Origin: Hyaloraphidium curvatum SAG 235-1
Lineage: Eukaryota > Fungi > Monoblepharomycota
Direction: 5' to 3'
Assembly: GCA_025558095.1 (NCBI GenBank)
Contig: JAIVFI010000021.1
Location: 434,001-498,000 of the forward strand
Length of the DNA: 64,000 nt
Below are positions 1-13,035 of this stretch, one piece after another; position 1 is the stretch's first letter, and each line of letters opens with the position of its first letter. Both the position numbers and the translations under genes were made by a program. The notes under the pieces are model-generated. The model ran no database searches and was not told where the DNA came from. It worked only from the letters and a program-made list of their open reading frames with translations.

Positions 1-150
1 AACGTCCTGCACATCTTGCATAATGCCTCTGGGTCAATCGATGCTCATACTTAAGATTTCGTCACTTCATCCATTACATCCGCTAGGCTAGGTTGTGTGT
101 TCAAACCTTCTCCGGCGACATGCCGTGATTCAAGCACTGTTGACCACACA

Positions 151-940
151 TCACCTGGGCTTTGCGCACATAGCGCTAGACCATCCTTTGAACGCATACG
201 CTCCATCCCAGCGGCAGCCTGATATCTTCCAGGTGCGCGATTGGGACGTCACGAATTAGCAATGGAGAACAGGGTACGGTCATTTTAGCCACCCCCTGTC
301 CATCTTGGATACCGCAGTTCTCACTGTCAGGAGCACAGCACTGAATGCCGCAGTCCGTGGCGATTCTGGTCAGGCCTCTGGTGGCGGCCCGGCAAATGCT
401 GCTAACACGATGTGTACAACGACTTTTACCGACCTCCCCAGTAGACCGAGTTTCTGAAGTTCACTGTCGATGGATTGCACGTTAGAGCGTTGCGGCTCAA
501 AGCAATAAATGGTCCGCAGTCTATCATTGTCGGTTCCAGTAACGATGGATGGGTGCTAGACTTCGTTGACCTGTAAACACGTGCGTGCCCCACGGCTGCT
601 TAACCGGTTGAATCGTGCTAGACTTTTGGATTCCGGTGTACGGTGCCCAGTAGCCGAGCCACCCGTTGCGGCCAATGTTGCAAGCGATTAGCACGAGCGT
701 CTTGTCTAATCGCGGATCCAGATCATGCAATTTCCGAAGAAGCAGGGAAGTCGGGTACTTGTTACCATCAACTAGGGTTTCTCTCGATATGTTGCGAAAG
801 CGGGATGCGAGCGTTGCCGCGTCGCCTCGCGAGCAGTTTCTTTTCGTTGGACGAAGGGGTGGAGGAGGCGGAGCGAGCTTCACAGCTCGCCACCAGGCAA
901 GAACCACGACAGCTGTAAAAAGCTTGGTAAGATGCGGCAC
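151..940 (-). pseudogene. Degenerate FkbM-like (Methyltransf_21-type) type II membrane methyltransferase
   Basis: ORF 524-940 has an N-terminal signal anchor and a decayed motif I (KTLVLIACNIG). Downstream, in an interrupted frame, WKISGCRWDGAYAFKGWSSAMCAKPR* (stop at 151-153) resembles the C-terminus typical of algal/protist FkbM-like proteins. Stops and frameshifts lie between the pieces. Confidence 0.45.
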
Positions 941-1046
941 TGTCTAGCATTTTGGCCGGTCAGAAGTTGTGAATTCAGAAGAACGTGTGAAATCGATTCC
1001 GTGGCGCCAAGGGAAGTGCTGTCCAACCGCCCCATTATCATTCAGA

Positions 1047-2090
1047 ATGCAAGGCGGTTTGAGGGAATGGAAGCACGCCGTCGTGGCGACAGGCTGCATT
1101 ATTCTCTTGGTCTTCACTACGTACTCCGGGCGTCCCTACGAAGTTTCGGAGCCGATGGCGTCCATGGAAATGCCTTCTGCCTTTGTACGCTATGTTCCTT
1201 CGCTCTGGGAACGGAACTGGGCCGAGTACGTGGGAGCCACCAACACGACGGATCCCTGCCGCAGGCTCCAAGAGGCCACAGAGCAGGAGCGCGTTCGGGC
1301 TTATCTAGCCAGCGCCGGTGCTATCAACAACGGACTGCGGCCGATACACACAGAAAACACGGACGAAGACATCATCCTGTCAAAACTGATCTACCGCCGC
1401 GCTGACGGGTCAAAGTACGCAAGATTCTTAGAGCCCTTGATTGGTGGACTCCGTCATCCGGACATGTGCCTCCCTGGCCAGGTGGAGCAGAATGCCAACA
1501 GGTCCTTTATCATCTATGATTGGAGGGCAAATGGCCAGGAGTCCTTCAAGACGGGGAACAAAAGCTGCTCGGACCAGGTGTTTTACTTTGACATGGGGGC
1601 CAGTACGTGGGCCTCTGGCGGAGGTGGTCCCTCTATTTCCTGGTTTTACGAAATCTACCGCGACCGCGGACTAAAGTTCTCGCGCATGTTTCTATGGGAA
1701 GCCGGTAAACTGGATCCGGTTCCGCTCTTTGCGCAATTCCCAGAGGATGTACGGCCGTTTGTACACTACTACAACATACCTGTGGATCGGGAATCAAACG
1801 GAATGTTCAACAGCTTCAACGCTATTCTGGCAACAGCGACCGAAAAGGACTACGTCGTGGTCAAACTTGACATTGACAACGCTGCCGTCGAAGATGCAGT
1901 AGCCAGCCAGTTGATGGGTTCCCCACAGCTCGCGTCTTTGGTGGATGAGTTCTATTATGAGCACCACACAAATTATAACCCCATGGCCCAGCGGTGGGGC
2001 TGTGATGAGCGCTGCCCCCGTCTGTCTGTTTCGTACAACATATTTACCAAGCTCCGCGGGTTGGGCATTCGAGCACACAGTTGGACATGA
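1047..2090 (+). CDS. FkbM-like SAM-dependent methyltransferase, type II membrane protein
   Basis: Intronless ORF from ATG 1047 with TM segment (AVVATGCIILLVF), FYFDMGAS motif I, and VVVKLDIDNAAVE...VDEFYYEHH motifs. Confidence 0.75.
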   Translation: MQGGLREWKHAVVATGCIILLVFTTYSGRPYEVSEPMASMEMPSAFVRYVPSLWERNWAEYVGATNTTDPCRRLQEATEQERVRAYLASAGAINNGLRPIHTENTDEDIILSKLIYRRADGSKYARFLEPLIGGLRHPDMCLPGQVEQNANRSFIIYDWRANGQESFKTGNKSCSDQVFYFDMGASTWASGGGGPSISWFYEIYRDRGLKFSRMFLWEAGKLDPVPLFAQFPEDVRPFVHYYNIPVDRESNGMFNSFNAILATATEKDYVVVKLDIDNAAVEDAVASQLMGSPQLASLVDEFYYEHHTNYNPMAQRWGCDERCPRLSVSYNIFTKLRGLGIRAHSWT

Positions 2091-2784
2091 TATGATGCGA
2101 AAACTATACACCACCAGCGTTCATTACTGGCTTTCGGGCAACAGGTGTTCTGACCGCCGATCTCCTACTACCCCTCCATGTATTGACGACGACAGCTATG
2201 TTGTGCGGTCCTACAATTGACGCATGAACATTTTCTGAGTCCATCCACCTGCACGGCGGCAGGTGCTGCGGGCCCCTGGCGCTAGAGCGGTTCTCGCACA
2301 GGGCGTCCACTGGTCCAGCATCAAACCGTTCCCGGCAGCCCCGGCGCGCGCCAAACTTCCAAATGAAAAGGAAATAGCGACATGTGCGCCGAAAGTACGA
2401 GCTGTCCACACTTATGTGGGCGATCACGCGCAGTGGTATCTTTCCTCCAACTTCTCTCCGACAGGCGTGTGTGCGGGCCCTCTACAACCATCAATGACCT
2501 CTAGCTTAAACGCAAAGTTTGATTTGGCTACACGCAGCAACACCATGGAACCTTGACAGCGGGTTCGCGGCACGCAGAGTCAGAGCTCGGACATATCTGG
2601 AACATCCTTCACGTTCGGGAGATGGTAGCTCATATGGATATTATTCAGCATTTGCGGCGGTAGTTCGAGCTTTTGCAAGGATTTGGGAGGTGGCGGGGGG
2701 GCGGCGGACCGTCTTGATTTCTAACCCGTAGTCTATGCGTTACGGCACGACATTAACTCCCGAGCTCACCAACATCTTTGCCCC

Positions 2785-4044
2785 ATGCCACAGCATTGGT
2801 TGCAAGCAGCAACATTGGGCGTCGCTCTGCTACTTGTGCCATCGCTTTTCGTGTTTCCGAGGGAGCGGTTAGTGTTTTCCGTGCTGGAGAGCACCGTTCC
2901 TGGAGCCGAACGAGCCGAGAGCTTTAGTCACCCATGGACGGAGCAAGTTCGGCAGGATTTTATTCCTTTTGAGGAGGGCATTTCGCGCACTATGGTTGAC
3001 GCTGCAGAATCAAGCCTGCGGGCCAGAAACATTGTTTACCTGCGAGTCAAAATCGTTGACGGCATTCTGTACGCTGAACCCGCACAGAACAGCAACGATG
3101 TCCATCCCATGGTTCTCATGATTTTGCGCATCCTCTGCCGACGCGTTCTGCCCAACCTCGATTTCGTGCTTTCCTTAAGTGACGGTCCCAGCTTTCCCAG
3201 AACGGGGCCGAGGCTTCCTGCGCTATCTTTCGATCAGAGCTCTTTCGCATGGGACATAGCATATCCGTACTTCTCATTTCTCTGGATTCCAGCGAACAAA
3301 TCGATGGCCGAACCGGTGTATCGACAGGGGAACGTGCCTTGGGATCAAAAGAAACCCCTGGCCTTTTGGCGCGGCAGCTCTACAGCCGGAGCACATACTG
3401 CAACATCGTGGAGGAATGCCTCGAGGTTCAAGCTGGTTTCTTTGTGCCGCATGCGACCGGACTTGTGTGATGCAGGCATGACAAGCCTGGTGCAGATTGT
3501 TGGTGGAGAGCCAGTTGCGAAGGCAATCATGAGCGAGTTCGGGCCCCTTGCCAACAGGAGTGCCGACAACGAGTTCCTCAAATTTAAGACCGCCATTATT
3601 GTGGACGGGAACTTGGGTGTCGCGTCGCGATCTAAGGTTATGTTGCAGGGCAACTCAGTTGTTCTGTGGCAGGAGACCAAGTATCGTGAATTTTTCTACT
3701 CTCTACTTCGACCTTACGTGCACTATATTCCCCTGGCAAAATCATTGGAGGATCTCTACACGCAATTGGAGTGGATTCGCGCAAACGACGGTCGCGCGCG
3801 CCAGATTGCTGAGCGGGGTCAGAGATATGCAATGGATCACTTCCATGCCGACGCCGTGGATGCCTACTTCCATCATGTTTTGGCAACGTATGGCAAGCTT
3901 CAGAATTACTCTGTTGCGTTGTCTGAACAAGAACGGGAGATGAACAAAGTCCGAATTGGCCTCAACAATGGGCAGACCATGCTACTGCATTTTCCGTGGT
4001 GCTCGGCAAAGCTCTTGGAGCAGAATGAAGGCCGCGATCAATGA
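2785..4044 (+). CDS. Glycosyltransferase family 90 (CAP10/POGLUT-like)
   Basis: Signal anchor; motifs LPNLDFVLSLSDGP, PWDQKKPLAFWRGSST, IIVDGN, EFFYSLLRPYVHYIP, ARQIAERG. Confidence 0.9.
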   Translation: MPQHWLQAATLGVALLLVPSLFVFPRERLVFSVLESTVPGAERAESFSHPWTEQVRQDFIPFEEGISRTMVDAAESSLRARNIVYLRVKIVDGILYAEPAQNSNDVHPMVLMILRILCRRVLPNLDFVLSLSDGPSFPRTGPRLPALSFDQSSFAWDIAYPYFSFLWIPANKSMAEPVYRQGNVPWDQKKPLAFWRGSSTAGAHTATSWRNASRFKLVSLCRMRPDLCDAGMTSLVQIVGGEPVAKAIMSEFGPLANRSADNEFLKFKTAIIVDGNLGVASRSKVMLQGNSVVLWQETKYREFFYSLLRPYVHYIPLAKSLEDLYTQLEWIRANDGRARQIAERGQRYAMDHFHADAVDAYFHHVLATYGKLQNYSVALSEQEREMNKVRIGLNNGQTMLLHFPWCSAKLLEQNEGRDQ

Positions 4045-4127
4045 TGGTACGACTAATGAAGACTAAATGAAACCGTTGGCAGAGAGGACAGGTAGTAACC
4101 TTTTCAGCGGTCTGCAGTACACTTCGT

Positions 4128-5540
4128 TCACCCCTCTCTTAAAGCCGCACCCCAGCTCAAAGCAACATGGTCCATGCAAGCCCGCACGGCGGCCCACATT
4201 CGGTCGCCATCAATGGTAACGTCGCCATAGTTGCGCCACAGCTCCCATTCCGATCTGGGGCCCAAGTCCGTGCGCTCCCTAGCACTTTCTCGCGCGCGAT
4301 CCGCCGTGGACAATTCAACATTAGGAGTGATCTCCTCCTTCCGCACATGGTATCTCATGTCCATAAGGGTAGAGAAGTGCTGCCATATGCCACCCTCAAG
4401 GCTTTCCGAGCGGCCTGTGTTCACGTCCCAGTAGTCGATGTGGATGAACGCCGCTCCTCGGGGCAGGAATGTGCACGCAAAGCTCATGGAACCCGAGACG
4501 GTGATGACAACGGCATACCGCCTCATCAGCTGGCACTGCTCCGGCAAAGACAAGGATCCGGGATCCGGGATCAAATCCACGGGTACGGTCAATCGGGCCT
4601 GCAAAAGCCGATGGAGCTCCAAAATGTTTGTGATCGTGCGACGCCCGCGCTTGTGTAGAATTCCGACGCGAAGAGAGGAGAGTGTAGGCAGCCTCGGATA
4701 CCCGGCTGCGACCAAGACTTGGTCGACAAACTCTTCAAACAAGCCATCGTCATCATTGCGCATCCCGTACGCTTCCGTGCCCACAACGAGATTCCGCATG
4801 CACGTTAGGCCCGCACTGATTGGCCGGCGTAGTGTGTCGAGTTTGGCACTGAAGAGCGACGACAAAAGACGAAGCCGAAGGCAGCCTTCATAGAACTCAG
4901 CGTCGTCTGAAAACCATACTCAGAGACAAACTTAGTGGCAGCACGATTGAACTCACATCGCTCGTCCCTGGTCCCATTGCAGTACCAGTGGATCCCGGTA
5001 AGCAGCAACCTGTAACCTCGCGGGCTCCCTAGAAGCTTGAAGCGTCGAATCAGCCTCCAGAATGGAAAGAAGTCGTCGCCTAGCGCGTGGCCGAAGTTCG
5101 CCGGCCAAAACGGCTCGTAGATGAGCGCGACGTCTTCTTCCATCTCTTCAAAGTCGGCCGAGGGCAAATGTTCGTACGTAACGTCCACCGCGATGGAAAA
5201 GTTCGCCGGAATCTGGGCACGCAGGTAGGCAAGCGGCTTTGGCAGGCCAGTGGAGAAATCCGAATCTACGAGGGGCACGTCGGCATGCGACGGCACGCGG
5301 TAGAATTTGATCCGTCCAGAAGTGCGATTCACGCAGACGTTGCGGAAGTGACACCTTCGGTGCCGGGGGTCTTCGGTTCCGGTGCATCGCACCGTCGAGT
5401 AGGGTCCGAGCCGCCCGTTCAAACGAGGGTCGCGTCCAGATGGATGAAGCACCGGACGACCAGTGAGGGACCATAGCAAGAGGAAAGCAAGTGCTGGGCC
5501 AGCAAGCCGGAGTAGGACGCGGCGGAAGTCTCCGAGCATG
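4128..5540 (-). CDS. Glycosyltransferase family 61-like, with a frameshift or unresolved intron near 4865-4920
   Basis: Signal anchor after MLGDFRR; CHFRNVC, PANFGHALGDDFFP, RRTITNILEL, LSLPEQCQLMRRYAVVITVSGS..FLPRGA. Two reading frames; no GT-AG intron restoring phase was found, so it may be a pseudogene. Confidence 0.7.
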
Positions 5541-5616
5541 AACGCGTGCAACCACACCACGGGCAATCAGGGGAAGTGATCGGGGTTCCGCGACTCCAAC
5601 CGACGCCCTCACGGCG

Positions 5617-6897
5617 CCAACGAAGGCCTTGACGCGGCGCTGGAGGCCTTGTTTGAGTTGGTCTTTACATTTGCTGCGGTTTTCGCCTCTGATGTCGCAA
5701 CTACTACCGTTAGAGAGGCCCGGAGTGAAGATGAAGATGGCATTGGGACGGAGGGGAAGCTGGTGCGCCTTTCCCTACCCCTTCTGGCAAAGCTCAAGAC
5801 CAAAATGGCGAGGAAGGCGGTCGCTTCTCGTTTAAATGCGAGACGCCAGCTCGTCACTCCCCGCGCTTTGTACCCATGGACTTTGCCGATCGCCGTGCTC
5901 CCCGTGGCTTCGGAAGAACAGCTGTCGGAAGTCACCACCGGCGCAGAGCTGAATCTCGGGATCGATGTCGTCAACGCTTTCGCGCGGACAGTGTCGACCA
6001 AACTCTCCATCTTTTCGCAGGCCGGCGCTTCTTCTACAAATCCGCGCGTGGCGGTGTTCACGCGGTCGCTGAAGTTTGTGAGCTTCGTGCTCTCTTCGTC
6101 AGGATTCGACGCCGCCCGCTTGGTTATGTTCAACGACCTACTGCTCTTGGTCGCGGATGCCGCTGCAAAGGAGCTCAAGGCATTCTTGGGAGAGGAGGGG
6201 CGCGATCCGACCGACGAGGAGCACGATACTCTATTCCTTCAGGTCTGGAGACTCTCCGTGCATTGGTCTGGCGTGTGTATGGTAGCTAAGCACCTCCGCA
6301 GGTCATGGATTTGGTTGTATCTTCGCTGCGAGAAGCGATCTACTCTGTGGATCCTCGGTCCCCGCTCGTCGCACATTCCAGTTTGAGGCACTACAAGCCC
6401 CAGCTCGCTCGGTTTCTGAGGTCCGCGAGTTCCATTTTGGAAGAGGCGGAAGCGCAGCCGGCCGGAGCCGGCGTTCGCTTGGTGGATTGGTGCAGGGTTC
6501 TGTTCGGTACCGATGTCGACCTACACAACAAAGAGTGTGTTGAGGCTCGCAGAATTGCGACCAAGAAGGTGGCTCGCGCTTTGTCGGCCGTCGAAGCCGA
6601 CGCAGTGACGCATGCGGATACAGAACGTCCTGCTCGACCTCAGATCTTACATTGCAAAGCTGGAAGATCCAGAGCGATACCTTGCGATCGAACAGGACCA
6701 GTTCTCCAGCCCACAGGCGTTCCAAAACTGGCGAAAAGGCGAACGAAAGTATGCGACCGGTTTAGTCAACTCGTTGGTCCTCAGGTACCCGGATCTGCAG
6801 GGGGCCTTGGTGAGTCGCGTTGCAAGATGACACAGATTGAGCTGAAGTGAGGAACGTAAGCAATCATCTGTTGCGGCCCCGCCTCCGTCGCAAGCAT
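5617..6897 (+). pseudogene. Truncated near-identical duplicate of the 5' part of the Munc13/C2 gene (14411-15691)
   Basis: Colinear at a constant offset of 8794 bp with only a handful of substitutions. The start codon reads ACG here (ctcacggcg vs ctcatggcg). Homology stops abruptly after caagcat. Confidence 0.9.
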
Positions 6898-7596
6898 GGA
6901 GGACCGTCGTTCTCCCGTTGGGATGGAACGTCTTGGCAGCCTGTAACTCCTTCGGACTTACTTTGAAGAAATGCGATTCATCGCTTCGGGCCCCCGGGTC
7001 AGATGTACTCATCGGTGCGCCCCCGAACTACATGCGAGTACCAAGTGACGTGTTGGATTCTCAATGACACACCCTGCGCGGAACCCTATTGCCGGCATAA
7101 CTCCACGACGACTGGGGAATGAGGTTGCATTTTTATACAATGATCTCTGATGGCCAAGGTAGTCTTTACACGCCTTTCGAGGTGGGACCTTGGCGGACCT
7201 GAATCGAACTGCAGTCGGCCCAAATACGCGAAATGACGGAGCGACTTGGCGCAATGTTGGCAGTTTCCAGTCGTCATCCCCGTCCCGGAATGGGTTCATT
7301 GTCGCTGGCGGTGGACAGCCGTGGAAACGGTGGGGATGTTCTCGAGGATGGCCGAAGTCCTGGTGTGGTTTCTAGATATATTTGCACATTCTGCCGGTGC
7401 GTTTGACCTCAAAATGTGTAACAACCGCCAGAATCCGGGTTTCGGGAAGTACCCTCTGAGCTGTATGCGGTATGCAGCTATGAAGGATGTCGACCGAAAC
7501 TATGCATTGAGGTAAATTTCGTCGATTTTGGTTAGCTCACACGAGGAATGAATTCCCTTACACCAAACACTTCGGGCGAACAGACGGTTCCTCGAA

Positions 7597-8424
7597 ATGG
7601 TAGCCAACTCCGTCGGCGGTACCCGCCGGCCACTGCCCGTGTTTCTCATTCTCGGCTTCCTGGCTCTCGCTCTGGGCCTCGCCCTCGTCTCCGCGCGCGG
7701 TGGTTCTCCGCCCGACCCTACCGGGCCCACCGTTCTGCCGGCGTATATCGCCGCGCTGCACTCGCTCAGGGCGCGGCTCGCGGCGTCGGCGGCGGCAGGG
7801 CCCCTGGTGTTGGAGGGGCATTCGGGGCAGGTGCTCGAGCAAACGGTGTACTACGCGACGGTCTTGGCGCGGGAGAGGTGGATTCGGAGGGTGTGCGAGA
7901 CAGGGTTCAATGCCGGTGGGCACGCGCACCGGCCCGCTGTGTCGGAGCGTCGTCGTCTGATCTGACTGCGTGGTTGCGCCGCAGGGCACAGCGCCGTCAA
8001 CTTCCTTTCCTCGAACCCGGACGTCCACCTGTATGCGTTCGACCTCCTCGGCCACAACTACTCGCAGGCGGCCCTTGAAGCCGTGTCCGCGCTGTTCCCC
8101 GGGCGCCTCCACGTCACGGGGGGCGACTCCTCCGTCACCCTCCCTGCCTTCGCCGCGGAGCACGGCGGGGGCCTCTGCGACTTTGTCAGCGTCGACGGCG
8201 GGCATTGGTACGAGGCCGCGATCTCCGACCTGCGCAACTTCCGGAAGATGGCCGCGCCGCGGAACCTGGTGGTGATTGACGACGTGGCATGCGGGCAGAA
8301 CTACTGCGAGGGCCCCAAGCTGGCGTGGGAGCAGGCCAAGAGGGAAGGATTGATCCGGGAGTTGGAGTGCTACTCGCTGGAATCTGGCAACAGAGGGTTC
8401 TGCATCGGGAGGTACATCGTGTGA
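7597..8424 (+). CDS. Class I SAM methyltransferase (Methyltransf_24-like), type II membrane; intron 7916-7984
   Basis: Signal anchor; spliced CETGFNAGHSAVNFL; YAFDL; GDSSVTLP; CDFVSVDGGHWYEAAISDL; VVIDD. Confidence 0.85.
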
Positions 8425-9800
8425 TGGTGGTTTATACAGTGGATACCGGATGTGCGGCCGCTGCTCAGTTGTTGGCTGTGTGCTGCGGCGACGGCTCGGT
8501 GGCACGAGGAGATCGAAGGGTAGTGTTCGGGGGGCAGGGCTTCGCTTTTCATGTACATGGCACGCTGATTTGATCCATGTATATTGTACGCTGATTTGAT
8601 CCATGTATATTGTACGCAATGCTATGGTTTTTCAAAACTCTGGCGATCGACAGGCCGCGAAGCTTCCAAAATGAAAGGAATAGAGTAGAGGAATTCCTAA
8701 AGAGGAGCTGAAGGAGGTCGGATGGTCGGGATAGCTAATCGACGGAGGCTCCATCTGCTACATGCAAACACATTTGTCCTCTAGCTTCAGCAAGAGTCGG
8801 TTCATAGATCCGCAGATTGCGAGATCGATCTTGAGGGCCGCCTCTCGGAGCTGAAGAGCAATAAAGGCGCGACTCAACGTCCGCGATGTGGATGAATCAA
8901 GCAATGCATCCCCTGGGAGCAAAAGCTCGTACCAGCGAGGAGATGCTGTGGAAACTTCGTCAGGGAAACTTCGCCAGGGCTTCTTGGCATTGAACTCGCC
9001 GCATTGAAGCCAAGGCGTAGATGGTGACACCGTGCTTGTCCTCATGATTACCATGATAAGGACGAGACAGTGCTCCTTCGCAACAGCATCCAGGAACAGG
9101 GCCCAGGATGTAATCCCCCAGCGCTACAACACTCATGGCCGTGATAGTCGGCACGATAGAGCTTCCATCCATCCTTTTGATCCAGAAAACGAAGTCCACA
9201 ATGCCCAATTGGTCTTCCAGCCGGTCAGCAGTTCGATGAGAAGCGCGAAAGTGCTGCGACGTGTCAAATGCCAGAATGTTCCCACCATGGCCGCCATGGT
9301 GCAATCTACCTGGTCCGAGGGAAGGCATTCATCACTGCCGCCGGCTCTGGTATACCGTTGAACCCAGTCGCCGAAGAAGAAATTTCAGACAGCTGCTCCG
9401 GGCGACGGCAGCAGGACTGGTTCCCGAGCTCAACGGCGCGGACATCGGAGGCGACAGGGGTCAATTACTCGCCGAAATCAATCAAAGCTTTCCGTAGACG
9501 GTCAACGATTGGCTCCAACGGCCGCTTATCCTCCGCGTTTGGCGTCGTCTCCTGGCGGGGCGGCTTGAAACGGCCCCACCGCTACCTCCCGGCTCTGCAG
9601 CCCATCGCACCCCCGCATCCCTTTTCAATCCAACAAAGTGCCCGGGATCAGCTCTGGAACGTGGCCTCCGTCTATCCCGCGGCACGCAAGCAACGCGAAT
9701 TTTGCCAGGAGCCCGAGAAACCGTCGGATCCCCAACAGGGAGGCTCAACGGCCCCAGACCCGATGCACAATGATACGGGTAGCTGGGTGTCTCCGGAGGC

Positions 9801-11882
9801 CGATAGACGGGCTGGAGGCGGCGGGGTCCAACTTTCGGCGGGAGCAAAGTTGAGCAAAGTTGGGGGGGACCCCTGCCTCCACACGTTCTCCTAACGACCG
9901 TTTACAACGGGGCAGCTTTCTCATCTTCAGCCGTTGGGCTGACCGATGCCTTCCGCGTCGGTCCGATTAGGTTGTTGTAGTAGAGCGAGTAGATCAGTTG
10001 CCTCTTGTTTACTACGTCACGTTGTCCAGCGGACCTTTCCCCCGCTTCGCCCTCTTCGACGCCAGTTCCGCGGTCGGCTCAGGCTCAAGCACCTTTGACT
10101 CCGGGCGGCTCGGCACTGACACCTCCTGTGGGCGCAGCTTCTGATTGTTGCCGCGCTTATAGTCCCGCAAGTCGAGATCCTCGTCCGCGACTCCGAGCGA
10201 AGCTGACTGGTTGCCAAAGAGGAAGACGCTGACGGCGTTCTTCACTCCGGCCGATCCTTCATGCGGGGAGAAGCGCAGCCTCTTGCAGATCGGCTTCCTG
10301 GCTGCACACATCCGTGCTCCGAACAGCTTGTCGAACGAGCTCCACAGCGATTTCAGTTCCTCCTCATCGGCAATGCGGACCTGTCCAACGAGGTGGCCGC
10401 GGCCAACGGTCCCCAGCGTCTCCTGGAACAGAGGTCCGTAGTGGCGGTGCGTCCAGGCCGCATCGGCCTCGCCGCGCCCAGCGGCTTCGATGATGAAAAT
10501 CGCGCAGTCCATGGCGGTGAGCGCGCTGCGCACGCTGGCCCTCGAGCCCAGCCTCGCGTCCCTGTCGGCAACGAAGCGACCAAAGATGTCGTTCTCGACC
10601 TTGACCTTGGCCTGGCCATCCACCAAGGGCAGGAAGTCCACGCCCTCGGTGATCTTCTTCGCATTAGCGCCAACGCCTCCGGCGAGCGGGCACTGAGCTT
10701 CGGGTGGACGCATCCCCCGAATCGGCCGCCCTCGGCATGCTGCAGCACCAGCGAGAACTCCATGCGACAACGGATGCAGTAGCACAAAATCGCGTCGTCC
10801 CGCTTCGATATGGTGCGGCGGTAGATGACGAAGGCCGGCAGCGCCGCGGCGAGCAGGTCCTTGAAGTCGTCCTGCAAAAGGACGCGGAGCTCGTCGCGGG
10901 TCCGAGTTGGAACCGCCCCCAGGCGCATCGCCACTTTGATGATGGCGATGTGGATCTTGCGCACTTCTTCCTCGCCCTTGTCATCGCGCGCGATTGCGAG
11001 CTGCTCCACCTGCTCCGCAGCGGTCATGGCGTCAAAGGTTCCGCCAGTGTTGCGGAACGCACAGTAGCGGAGCTTGGTGTGCTCCGCAAGCTGCGCACGG
11101 CGACTGTAGTCTACCCTGCCACCAGCACGATCTTCCGAAAGATTGGACGCCGTATCGCTCTGTGAAGCCAGCTGGAGCCCGACCAGGAACGCCTCTTCCT
11201 CCTCGTCCTCGTCCTCGAACAGCGCGTCGTCCTCCCGCCGCTCGATCCGTCGTCGTCCGCGTCGCTGTGCTCTTCGCCGTTGGCAGCTTCGGCAGCTTCC
11301 GGGGTTGCCACAGCGTAAGCTTCGTCCCAGGTCCTCTCCAGCACAGCAAACCCTTCTGGCAGATCCGCAGGCGTGATGGGGCCGGCGGCCATGACACCCT
11401 GCGGCACGACAAAGTCCTCGAACGACAGCGGGCTTGTGAGCTCTGCGAGGAGGACAAAAGCGGCGTGAGGCAATCGGTTTCGCGACGATTCGCGAGCCAA
11501 CCCACCATCGTCGCTTCCTTTCGCAGGGCTACGGTAAGAGTCGCGGCAATCGGGACGCCTCAGATGCGCCGGCCGAGGTCGAGTGAAGCGCTGCCGCGGG
11601 ACAACGCGCTGCAAAGCGTTGAGAGGGGGAGTAAGGGAACGAGCTTGTGCAACTCACTGTACGAACATTCGACGCGGGACCTCGTGTCCGATTTCCCGCG
11701 AGCCGGGACAGGCCAAACACGTGGCTTAGGAACGTGATGTGACGTTCCCGAGGCTGCGGACGGCGAGGAGGGCCGGGATGGGGCGGCCGGGATGCTGACG
11801 CGGCGCGAGGGCGATCGGCGTGTCGCGTTGGCCGTTCCTGTGAGTCCTTCCGTGAGTGCTTCTCCGATTTTGGAGATCCTGC
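9801..11882 (-). repeat. Internally deleted copy 1 of an orphan gene/element (homologous to 19865-23588)
   Basis: 10013-11520 is the reverse complement of ~22020-23570, and 11532-11882 of 20040-20380. 9801-9838 matches 19865-19900 in direct orientation. Contains frameshifts. Confidence 0.85.
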
Positions 11883-13035
11883 CTCACCTCAAGCACGGCG
11901 GTTCGCGTTTTTCGACTATGCCTGTGGTTCTACCGTTCGCAGGGGTCGTGGTCTGCTCCCTCCTGGCTCTGCCGAGCCCGGGGACGAGATTGAGGCGGCT
12001 TTGGAACCACGGCCAGAGAGCGATTCATGAGCTTGCACTGTAAAGTTCCGTCCGCGAGCCGCTCCTTGACCAGGATGCTGTTGTACATTGCCCGTCCCAT
12101 CAGTGGTGCCTTGATCTCTTCCGCCTGGCGAGCAGTGAAAGCTGCGGGCGCGTCGTTGGGCACCTGCCCACGCAGGTTCCGGGAGATGGTTTCGTCCGCA
12201 TCTGCACTGGCGGCCTGGAGTTTCTTCGAGTACCTGTCCCGCAAGTCGGAGACCATGTGGACAGAGATGCCTTCGTCTGACCATTGAATTGATTTACCTC
12301 GGCTACAACGGCGCCAAGGATCGACAGTTTCTGCTTGATGGCTGCAACATCAGCCATCCCGTGCCGGATATCGGTCGACGACGGCAGGAGGTCCTCGACG
12401 GCCTCGCGACGGAAGCAGAGCCGGGCAGGGGGCTCGGGCGGGATTCGAGGTTCAGGTCCGCCGGGTGAGCGGCTGAACGACGGCAACAACACGGTGAGCC
12501 CGTGGGCGATGCGCTGCTCGCTGCGGACCGGACAGCCGAGGAGCGCACGATGCCCCGATTCCGGTTCCTCCACGCAGACCACCTGGCCCGATGCAGCCTG
12601 CGCCACATTCTCGCCCGTCCGCTTCGTCTCCTCGTCCTCGGGCATGGGAGAGAGGCAATCTCAGTGGTCGTTTGATATCAAATGGGTCGTTGTCAACAGC
12701 GGGCTCCTCGAGTGTGGGCGGTTGTTTGGCGTCGGCTCCCCCGCATGACACGGGGACAAAAGATATCGAGAAGCAATCTGGCCCGAGGCAACAAGGCTAT
12801 CTAGCCCCGGAGGACACGAGGAGTAGGTTGCTCTGGGTGCGTGCGTTGGATGCGCCGTCCTCTTCCCCTAAACCCCCGGGTCCCTCCAAAACACGACTAG
12901 AGACCAAAATGTCACCCGGCATGAAGCCGGAGTATGCCGCGGCGGAAGTCTCCGAGCATGTGCGGGTGCCGGGCGGAGTCATGCAGGGACGCGCGACGTA
13001 GTCATCGCGCGATCGCGCGCGCGTGCAGCGCCAAG

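Noticed and set aside
6898-7480. Possible decayed glycosyltransferase fragment on the minus strand
   Set aside because: Only hints (HVTWYSHV..DEYI) interrupted by stops; too weak to call.
8564-8617. 26-bp tandem duplication gctgatttgatccatgtatattgtac
   Set aside because: Simple slippage duplication in a 3' flank; no further structure.
11900-12760. Minus-strand ORF fragments upstream of orphan copy 1 (similarly 8758-9330 and 49900-51100)
   Set aside because: No recognisable motifs or consistent splice pattern; cannot be supported as genes.
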